Source of the DNA: Zootoca vivipara
Taxonomy: Eukaryota
DNA: 64,000 nt
Assembly (NCBI RefSeq): GCF_963506605.1
Contig: NC_083286.1
Location: forward strand, 38,130,001-38,194,000
Direction of reading: 5' to 3'
Part shown: positions 25,301-34,200 of the stretch, one piece after another
Layout: each line of letters opens with the position of its first letter
How positions within the stretch are numbered: position 1 is the first letter of the stretch
The notes under the pieces: model-generated
What the model saw: only the letters and a program-made list of their open reading frames with translations
Database searches by the model: none
Told to the model about the DNA's origin: nothing
Translations under genes and position numbers: made by a program

Positions 25301-28300
25301 ATCATTCCACATTACTGAGTTTTTTCGCTTGCTAGGACTGTACTAACACACCCACACTCCCACTAGGCTGATGACTGGGGACTTAGGGTGGTACATAAGT
25401 GTGTTCCTACTGGCCTCTGCCAATGGAAAGAAACATGCAATAACCTGTACATTGTTAGCAGAAATGTTTCCTACAGAACCCAGGTTTCATGAAGTCTCGC
25501 AATTACGCTGGTTTACACATAGGCAAACTACAGGTCACAATCCCTGAGCTTTAACTTTACTATAATATTGGACACTGGTGTTGTTCAGCAACACTCCACG
25601 CATTCAAGTACAGTATTTTCAGGTATGCACTGACCTAACAACAAATCTAACAGCGTGCCTCTATATGCAGATCTACTAGAGTTTGAGTATTATTTAACAC
25701 CATAACATAATTTACCTGGCAAGTCTCTCTCCTCACAGGTCACAGGAATATTGGTGAACAAAGTAGGTTTGGTCAACCTCATTACTGTGAATTTAGAAAG
25801 CAAATTCCACATTAATCACACTCCTCATCACCAGGACTTCACTAGAAGCTCAACATATTTAACTTCAAAATAAGAACAATAAGACCTGTTTGGATATTAC
25901 CTTGTCCCTGGCATTCTGCCCAAGTTTATGTATTTTGTTTGTTTGTACTGAGCACAAGAAAAGGAGATGAAATTGGGCTTAATGTGAAAACAACTAGAAA
26001 TGCATGAAGTGTTCGTTCACACTGATATTTGAGCAAAGACAAAAAGCATGCATATCCATTTTCTTAAAAATCCCACCAATAATATTTTTAAAAATGTTTT
26101 AGGATAATCATGGATAACTGCAAAAATCATTTTAACAAAACACAATACTCATAACTGCCTTGATCCTTATCCAACCGTGTTGAGTACCATTTGTAAGCAG
26201 TTGTTTGGTCCAAAGGACAGTTGACTCCCCCTAAGGCAGATGGCGGGGGGGGGGTGTCCAGTCAACCAATGCTTTCCCCATTCATTCAAATGTAGATATT
26301 AAGGCTGGACCAGGGCCTACAAACTATCAATTGTAGACCCTCCAAGTGTCCCTATTTTCCAGGGACAGTCCTGGATTTACAGTAGCTGTCCCAATTTCTG
26401 ATTTGATCCCAGAATGTCCTGCTTTTCCTTAGTATGTCCCAATTTTCATCAGAGAAACGTTGGAGGGTATGGAGTTATCCGACCCCTGAAGATAGCCCTG
26501 TACAGGGAAGATTTTTAATGTTTACAGTTTTATTATATTTTTATATATGTTGGAAGCAACCCAGAGTTGCTGGGGCAACCCAGTCAGATGCTGAGGTATA
26601 ATAATAACAATAGAGAATAGTAGAGAAATGTTGGAGGGTATGTGATTGCAATAGAATTTGCTTACAAATGACCATGTTTAGATGGCATACATTTTCTAAG
26701 GGCTGCTAAGAACACAAAGAAGTCTTGCCTCTGTACAGAACATAATGGCCAGTAGGACAACATTCTGCCCATTGCCGATGTGATTACAATCTATAGGAAG
26801 CAAAAATGTAGGCCAAACACGCAAAAAGGGAAGCAAATATATCAGCATGATGGACTTCATAAAATTAAAGTTTAGAAAGTATTACTCCAACACAGCAGCC
26901 TTTCTTTTTATTGTTCATTAATTTTAGACAAATCATTCCAAACAAATGTGGAAGGGCATTTCATTCATTGCATCACGCTTACAAGGGGCAATCATCTTAT
27001 AAGGGACATCTTCTAAAGTAGTCACAGACTCTTTGAGAACTTAAAACAAAGCATAATCCAGTCTTGTAGAGATCAGTTTGCTTGAGATGTCCTGCTTTTT
27101 CCTGCCCTGCCAGTACCACAGATTTTTTCAAAAAAAATTAAAAACATTGTAAGGCAACAAAATGTATTTAAAATATAACGTTTCACAGAAAGTAGCAATG
27201 CCTTGTTATAAAGCTACAAACTATGTATGATTCCATATTTGTGAACAAACAAATTTATTTTCCCCAAAAGGTTTAATTTTTCCCTAAGATTGTTGGCAAC
27301 ATATTCACAGTACAGTATGTCACAGAAAACTGAAATCTGTCCTTCACATCTCTGGATCGTAGCATTACAAGATGGCAGTTCATTGTGTTTGATCATCTTG
27401 TTGAGCTTTACCCAAATGTCCTCCAATGTTTGACTACCAAATGTAGACGGTTCAATTATCCACTGTGCTCTATAGAATGCATGGAGCTTTAATTTGTCTA
27501 AAGTGCTCTGCAGTTCTCTAGATAAAGGAAGAATCTTGTCTTTGAGCTTAGAGTTGGGAAGAGACACACTCCAAGACCTTCTCAGCTTCAGCTTGCTGCT
27601 TGCCGTTTGCTTTTCCAAATTGCTAAAATTGTTTCTTTCACGCTCAGCTTGCAAACACTTCCCAGCTTTTACATCAGGATGAAATTCCTTAAGCCCTGCT
27701 GTACAATCATAAGATGGGGAGCTGCAAACAGTTTCCATGGCTGCAATATGTTGTTTCATTTGCTCTACTTCTTCACCAGAAATAATTGGAGCGATTCTTT
27801 TAGGTTTGAGGGGAAGTTGGCGCAAGTCATTTGGAAACCAAGGTATGAAACTTGGGAGCTTCCTAACAGGAAATTCTTTCAGTGCCTCTTCTGTGATTCT
27901 TTGCAATGCCGCAGGGTCCCTTTGCCATGCTCGATAGTGCAGAATCACCTCCATGCTTGTACAACAGGAATCCACATGTTCTTATTTTAAATGTTTCTTG
28001 GACAGCAGCTTCATCACTAATGATATAATCACTTAAAAGAATCTTTTCATGCCATGTGCTGTGCAGTTCAGAAGAAAACAGGACCTAGAGCAGAAGTATT
28101 GCAAGTAAAAAGACACGCTAGCAGTTTCCCCACCAAAATTCACCATTTTATTGATGCAGTTATCGCTAGAAAATGCTGTAGCAAGTGCAATGGGCTGCAA
28201 ACGTATGCAGTTGGAAAACCAAACCACAACAGCACCCCCTCAGACTTATAAATGTGGATTGCCCTTCTCTCACAGACTTAGCTGATGCCAACGCTGATCG

Positions 28301-30266
28301 GTTTTTATGCATTGTGTAGACGTCCCTATTTGAGCAAGCATTTTGCTGGACTGGATATGTTTTCTCATCCTCATGGTGTTGTGATATAAATCTGATTTAT
28401 TGTTGTAGTGGTTTGCTTTTTTAGTTTGTTTGTTTTTATTGCAGCCACAGAAGGGGGACAATCAGGAACAGGGGCTGCAGTGCGTGGGGGGGTTAACCTT
28501 TTTACTTCCACACTGTGGCCCTGATGACAATTTCTTCACATACTTTTTGTCACAGGCAGGAAGCTTTCATACAGCAGGGTAGTAGCTGTTGCTTATGACT
28601 CCTAAGAATAAGGAAGGATAGCAGAGTTGAAATGTTACTATACTTGGATAATAATTGAAAAAAGAGGAAGAGAAGCTGGGAGGGCTGAAATTATTCATGT
28701 TCATGGTAACATCTGAAGTGTATGCATCGCATCACATGGGGTCACAATTTCAGATTGGATAGTGTTCCATGTACTGTCTATGCTATTTGTGTTGTCACAG
28801 AGGAAAGTTCTCTCAGCCTTAGAAGCAGGAAGGCAAAAAATGTTTTAAAAGAGATCCCTGGAAGGATGCTCCAATGACAACCATTCTTCCACAAATCTGC
28901 ATCTTTGGGTCCTTACTTTGAAGGTCCTCCTTTTTTCTTGCTTGCTCTGCAATTCTTTAGACTTTCTCTATTTAGTGTTCCTTGCTAGCAACTACAGAAA
29001 TATATATTGCCATGAAATGTCTTTAAAGCATATCTGCCTACAGAAGTATATTGGGATTGTGCTTTGTGATGTTCATACACTCCAGTTCCCCTTGAGGAAA
29101 TTATTTCAAAAGAGTTGCCTTTTTAAACAACTCACTATTTGTAAGAACTTGAAGGGATACTGGGACAGGAGATAGCAAGGGTTCTAATTTCAACAACGGC
29201 TTAGGTGCCAATCAATGCACACATCCTTCACAGCTTTTCCAGTACTCTTAGTGCCCATATTTTTTCCCAGCGGACTCACACAACTGAGATTTCAAGGAAG
29301 CAGGTGAGAACTACCTGTAGTTCCACTAATCTTGTTCTTCCATCTGAGGTTGCAGAAATGGGTTTTGGTTTTTTCCTAAATAGCTGTTGTTGTGTTACGA
29401 AGAAAGGATAGATATTGGAAGGATTAAGGGATTTCCTCTTTAGCACCTGACAGATCTAAAGCTTGACAGATTATTATTATTTTTAGTTCAAGGGAATGTT
29501 CCATTTTCTGGGGGCTGAAGGGAAGGTAACAGGCACCCCTTTTTTCAAAGCTCACCAGAGCAGCTGTATAATCTTGCAGCCCCTCTTGCTTTAGAAATGT
29601 TTACACACCACCCATCTCTGAAAGCTTGTTCTGCACCAACATTGTTCCTCTTGATTCATAGCTGGGCAAGTGCAAGGAAGGCCTACCAACTGAAGATTTC
29701 GCAAAGGATTTTGCTTATACAAAACTGCACTAAAAACAACAACAACCCTACACCACTGACCATTTCCTAGGGAAGTGATGATGACCTTCTCTTTTAAAAG
29801 AAATCTGAAAACGTTGGGAGATTTCCACCTCCTTAGTGCATACTCTGGCTTGAACCAAAGAGGCTGGATCTAGTGTCACTTTCCGAGCTCTTTACAGTGT
29901 TCAACAACATGCCCCGGAAGGTGGAATAAGGAACCGACCTTTTGAAAAGAATACCCGACTTCTCCAGCAAATTAGCTTTGGGCCACCAACCGCTCACACC
30001 TGCCGATCCCTCCCAGGTTTAACTGCCGCCTCAGACCCACCCGCTTTGGTCTCCTAAAAACAGCGGCCAAGGGAGCCGCCGCAAAAAGTAAGCGGGGCTG
30101 GATTCTCTCCACCTCGTCCCTTGTAAGATTTGCTTTTCAGCTGCTAAGTCCCAGGCCAAATCCAAATGAACGGAGGAAGCTAAAGCAGCAAGCGCGAGAG
30201 TCGGAGGCGAGAGCGAGTACCTTTCAGGGCCAAGAGATGCTCCTGCTTGGGCTGAGTAACATCCAT
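10317..30266 (-). CDS. TRAPPC13: TRAPPC13, trafficking protein particle complex subunit 13 (complete, 418-419 aa)
   Basis: Minus-strand exons 30266-30221 (ATG), 25784-25716, 24724-24625, 23180-23096, 22659-22532, 22103-22031, 19746-19702, 17833-17816, 14145-14012, 13148-12950, 11668-11568, 10893 (or 10896)-10746, 10427-10317 (TGA). Total 1257 nt with the distal acceptor. Protein [42 protein letters not shown]...[19 protein letters not shown]...[23 protein letters not shown] matches TRAPPC13. Confidence 0.96.
12393..12560 (-). mobile_element. Older tRNA-derived SINE (Squam3-like), decayed
   Basis: Reverse complement reads CATAGCTCAGTGATAGAGCATCTGTTTTGCATGCAGAAGGTCCCAG (tRNA-like head); related copies elsewhere in the window. 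Confidence 0.6.
13609..13851. mobile_element. Tigger-like MITE
   Basis: TIRs CAGTCATACCTTGGTTCTCGAA / TTCAAGAACCAAGGTACAACTG, TA target duplication. Confidence 0.8.
19060..19228 (-). mobile_element. CR1 LINE 3' fragment
   Basis: GAATCATAGAACTGTAGAGTTGGAAGGG is the reverse complement of the CR1 3' terminus. Confidence 0.8.
20685..20969. mobile_element. Tigger-like MITE
   Basis: TIRs CAGTGGTGCCTCGCT / AGCGAGGCACCACTG, TA target duplication, internal CCCATAGGAATGCATT motif shared with 52221-52463. Confidence 0.85.
21529..21772 (+). mobile_element. hAT (Charlie-group) non-autonomous element
   Basis: TIRs CAGGGTCCCCAAACT / AGTTTGCTGACCCCTG with perfect 8-bp TSD ACCTAGAA (21521-21528, 21773-21780). 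Confidence 0.88.
24006..24486. mobile_element. Second Penelope-like inverted-repeat remnant (hosts a Sauria SINE; lacks the hammerhead part)
   Basis: AATTCCTTCCAGTAGCACCTTAG..AGACCAA / TTGGTCTCTAAGGTGCTACTGGAAGGAATT and CAGACCAACATGGCTACCTACCTG shared with 41946-42151. Confidence 0.7.
24031..24377 (-). mobile_element. Sauria SINE, near full length, inserted in a Penelope-like remnant
   Basis: tRNA-like head (GGTGGCGCTGTGG...GGTTCAAATCCC) and CCCTTTACC tail on minus strand; TSD CACCTTAG (24023-24030, 24378-24385). Confidence 0.9.
26335..26642 (+). mobile_element. Composite repeat ending in an L2-type 3' tail
   Basis: 3' part GTTGGAAGCAACCCAGAG..TGGGGCAACCCAGTCAGATG..TAATAATAA resembles the L2 tail at 33300-33380; GAGAAA(C/T)GTTGGAGGGTATG occurs twice. 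Confidence 0.5.
26907..26912 (-). terminator. Candidate polyadenylation signal (AATAAA) for SHLD3, inside TRAPPC13 intron 1
   Basis: TTTATT on + about 300 nt downstream of the SHLD3 stop codon. Confidence 0.55.
27214..27954 (-). CDS. SHLD3: SHLD3 (RINN1), shieldin complex subunit 3, single coding exon, 246 aa, nested in TRAPPC13 intron 1
   Basis: Uninterrupted ORF from ATG 27954 (the track starts 7 codons earlier at a GTG). MEVILHYR...FIPWFP...[10 protein letters not shown] (REV7-binding region), [15 protein letters not shown]-terminal [13 protein letters not shown]...FCDILYCEY...[15 protein letters not shown] are SHLD3 hallmarks; same nested position as in mammals. Confidence 0.95.
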   Translation of the reverse strand: MEVILHYRAWQRDPAALQRITEEALKEFPVRKLPSFIPWFPNDLRQLPLKPKRIAPIISGEEVEQMKQHIAAMETVCSSPSYDCTAGLKEFHPDVKAGKCLQAERERNNFSNLEKQTASSKLKLRRSWSVSLPNSKLKDKILPLSRELQSTLDKLKLHAFYRAQWIIEPSTFGSQTLEDIWVKLNKMIKHNELPSCNATIQRCEGQISVFCDILYCEYVANNLREKLNLLGKINLFVHKYGIIHSL

Positions 30267-30823
30267 CGCCGCAGCCGCTCCGGGGCCTCTTCCTCCTTTA
30301 CGGAATCAGTCGAGGCCAAATTTCCTCCGGCCGCGAACAAGGGGTTATGTCCCTGGCTTTGGCCCGCTTCCTTCCCCCAGCTGTGCTCCTCGCAATGCAA
30401 ATCACCTCCGCAATCGAGCCAGAAACTACAATCCCCAGCATGCTCTTTGGATCGTCCGTCTCTCCATAGGCTTTCTTTTCCTGCCCCGTAGAAAAGGCGA
30501 GCTGTCAAAGTGATGCATTATGGGAGCTGTAGTCTTTTTTTTTTTTACGTCCCTCGTCGCCGCTATCATGGCGGCCAATGGCATAGTGGGGAACGGGGAG
30601 TGACAAGAAACGGGCATGCGCAATGCTTACAGACCGGGTATCGTTAAGATACGGGGAAAGCGACCTTGTTGTGTGTGTGTTTTTTGACGTTTGTACCGTC
30701 TTCTTTACCTACGGCTCTCTTTGGTGACGTAGGCGCGTAACCCCGCCCCGTCTCCAGGGGGACACTCCGCTGTGGGAGCGGCGAAGGCAGCTGCTTCTTG
30801 GTCTTTCTCCTTCCTTCTCCAAG
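30267..30823. promoter_or_regulatory. Bidirectional CpG-island promoter shared by TRAPPC13/SHLD3 (-) and TRIM23 (+)
   Basis: Divergent ATGs about 560 bp apart in CpG-rich DNA; ZNF143/SBS-type motifs ACTACAATCCCCAGCATGC (30425-30443, +) and ACTACAGCTCCCATAATGCA (30533-30514, -); CCAAT near 30574; CRE-like TGACGT near 30725; YY1-like AAGATGGCCGC over the TRIM23 ATG. Confidence 0.85.
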
Positions 30824-31160
30824 ATGGCCGCGCTGGGTATAAACAAGGTCGGGGCTAGTGCGGGGCTGGATGCCGGGAGCAGGCAGAGCCGGAGTCCGGC
30901 CGGGCCTGTGGTGAAGGTGAGCAGAGGGAGGCCGGGTGGGGCTTCCAAGCCGCCTTGGCGGAGCCGCCTCGTCGTTCGCTGTATTGGGTTGGGGGCGGGA
31001 GGGGAGAGGGGGAGCCCCCGCCCCCTTTGGTCTGTAGCGTCTTCATCTCCTGCAAGAGCCTTCACGCTTTGCGGGACGATTCTCTCCGGTTGTGCCCGAG
31101 TTGGGCAACCCTCGTGTGTATTTTCCCCGTCCCCCCTTCACATTACACACAGAGAGAGAG

Positions 31161-31209
<49 letters not shown>

Positions 31210-34200
31210 GGTATGCTACGTTGTATGTTCCGTACTGTCTAAAGCAAGGGGATATCCAGAGCGATTTACCATGCGTGTCAGATAGGTTTGACAAATGAGG
31301 AGGTGGGACAAGGTAGGGGGAATCACATGTAGGGTTCCAGCTTTTTTTCTCCGGCAGGGTTCCAGCTTTTTGCATCTGTGCAGTAGGCGGTAATTAAGCA
31401 AGTGGAACATCTTAGGACATGAAGATGCAGCGGTGGCAAAGAAACAGAAAATGTAGGGTTGGGTGCAGCTAAGTTCTGCTCACAATAGACCCATCTAAAT
31501 TAATGGACATTACAGGGGTACCTTGGGTTATGAACGCAATCGGTTCCGGGGTGCAAAAAGTCCGCAACCCGAGCAGTGGTTTTGTGCATATGCGCGTGCA
31601 GCGAAACCTGGAAGTAAACACTTCTGGGTCCGCTGTGTTCATATCACAAAAAAACGCAACCCGCAGTGGACGCAACATGAGGTTTGACTGTACTAACTTT
31701 GATTTCCATGGGTCTGCTTTGAGTAGAACTTTTAAGTTCTGCCCATCATAGAGTTATTGAAGGTATAAGGATTTTTTCCATTACAGTATAGATGGCAAGA
31801 ATATAGAGGGGCAGAACAGATGAAGAGGTGAAACTGTTTGGGAACTGTGCAAACATTTGTTACAGAACAGGAAACATATTAAGTATCGTAAACAATATGG
31901 ACGTTGTATTTTGATAGCCTTCTGTCTTATTTTGAAAATTTTGCAGGGGGTTGGACTAGATGGTCCTCGTGGTCCCTTCCAACTCTACAGTTCTATGATT
32001 CTATAGTTCTTTGATGCAAAAACGCATTATGTTCGTTCCACAAGAGTGTCTAGTGACCTTGGGTGGGTTATGATCATGAACATGAGAACCAGTTTGTGGC
32101 TATACTTCATTTGGATGTTCTGCCATACAGAAAAAATGTGCATAATGCAGATATAATTTTACCAGTTATCTTGAGTGATAGATACTTAATAATCCTGGTC
32201 CAAAATGTATGGTTTAACCCTAAGGGTCAGCCTGACACCTGAGTTCACAAAAGTTACAAACCCACACAAATGGGTTGTATTCCAGCTTGCCCACATATTA
32301 TCTATGTTAGTTACAGTGATGGGTTTGAATTTGCTATTTTAATACATATATTTTAAATTATGAATTGTTATATTATTGATATACAGGTATACTTGTTTAA
32401 TTTGTAATTTTTACATGCTATCTTATTAAAAGTTTCTTTTTAAAAAATTATTAAATAATAAATAAATTGAAATTTTTGCTGTGTGGAATAAAAAAATGTG
32501 ATTTCTTCTAAAGACCTTCATAGGAAAATAGTTGTTACTTTCTTCAAAGTGCTATCTTAAGTTCAGTTACTTGAAACGTTCTCCCTCCTATGTAGAAGTA
32601 CAACTATACCGAGACTAAGGCTGCAGTCCTGTACCTATACCTATACCCCTTACCTAGAAGTAAGCCCCAATTCACTCAGTAGGACAGATGCGTGTAGTAA
32701 GGTAGTCTAGGGCAGGCATCTCCAAACTTCGGCCCTCCAGATGTTTTGTACTACAAGACCCTACCTGCCTGTGGACTGCCTCGCCAGAGTGGTGCATTCT
32801 CTGGTTATCTCTCGCTTGGATTACTGCAATGCGCTCTATGTGGGGTTATCTTTGAAGGTGACCCGGAAACTACAACTAATCCAGAATGCGGCAGCTAGAC
32901 TGGTGACTGGGAGCGGCTGCCAAGACCACATAACACCAGTCTTGAAAGACCTACATTGGCTCCCAGAACGTTTCCGAGCACAATTCAAAGTGTTGGTGCT
33001 GACCTTTAAAGCCCTAAATGGCCTCGGTCCAGTATACCTGAAGGAGCGTCTCCACCCCCATTGTTCTGCCCGGACACTGAGGTCCAGCGCCGAGGGCCAT
33101 CTGGCGGTTACCTCACTGCGAGAAGCAAAGCTACAGGGAAGCAGGTAGAGGGCCTTCTCGGTAGTGGCACCCGCCCTGTGGAACACCCTCCCATCAGAGG
33201 TCAGAGAGATAAGCAACTACCTGACATTTAGAAAATACCTAAAGGCAGCCTTGTTTAGGGAAGTTTTTAATCTGTGATATTTGATGTATTTTAATGTTTG
33301 TTGGAAGTCGCCCAGAGTGGCAGGGGAAGCCCAGCCAGATGGGCGGGGTATAAATAATAAATTATTATTATTATATTATTATCATCCCTGACCACTGGTC
33401 CTGTTAGCTAAGGATCATGGGAGTTGTAGGCCAAAACACCTGGAGGGCCGCAGTTTGGGGATGCCTGATCTAGGGAATACAACATACCAACCAGTAAGGA
33501 CTACAGTTTTTAGGATCCACTGATTATCTCGTAGTTCTTAGTATATAGAGCTAACCTGAATCTTAATCATAATGAGGTCTGACCTGAGAGACTGATGCGG
33601 CTGTCCTGATCCCCATCCATAGTAGCATCTGTTGGCTGCATCCAAATAGACATTGTTAACCACTTAGGAACATACGAAGCTGCCTCATACCAAGTCAGAA
33701 TATTGGTCTAAGTAAGTACTGTTGATGCTGACTGACAGGCAGTGCCAGGACTTCCGGCATGAGTCCCAGGCCTACCTGGAGATACAAGGGATTGAACCTG
33801 GGACCTTTTTTGCCTGCTCTTTACCACTAACTTTAAGCTCTTCCCTAGTGCTTAAAAACTGAAAGTATTCCCTTGTAAATTACAGGTTCTGGAATGTGGA
33901 GTCTGTGAAGATGTATTTTCACTGCAAGGAGACAAAGTTCCCAGACTGCTTTTGTGTGGTCATACAGTCTGCCATGACTGTCTCACTCGACTTCCTCTCC
34001 ATGGCAGAGCAGTTCGGTGTCCTTTTGATCGGCAGGTTACTGAGTTAGGTAAGCTTCTTAGAAATTGTTGAATTAAGAACATAAGAAAAGCCCTGCTGAG
34101 AAGACTAATGACCTATGTAGGTCCACCATCCTGTTCTCAAATTGACTAACCAGATGCCTATGGGAGGCCCACAAGGAGGACACCAGTACAGCAGCACTCT

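Noticed and set aside
27955-27975. N-terminal extension MDSCCTS of SHLD3 in the ORF track
   Set aside because: Starts at a GTG; homology begins at the ATG at 27954.
30824-31375. ORFs with HTHTHT or CVCVCV runs
   Set aside because: Translation of the (AC)n microsatellite beyond TRIM23 exon 1.
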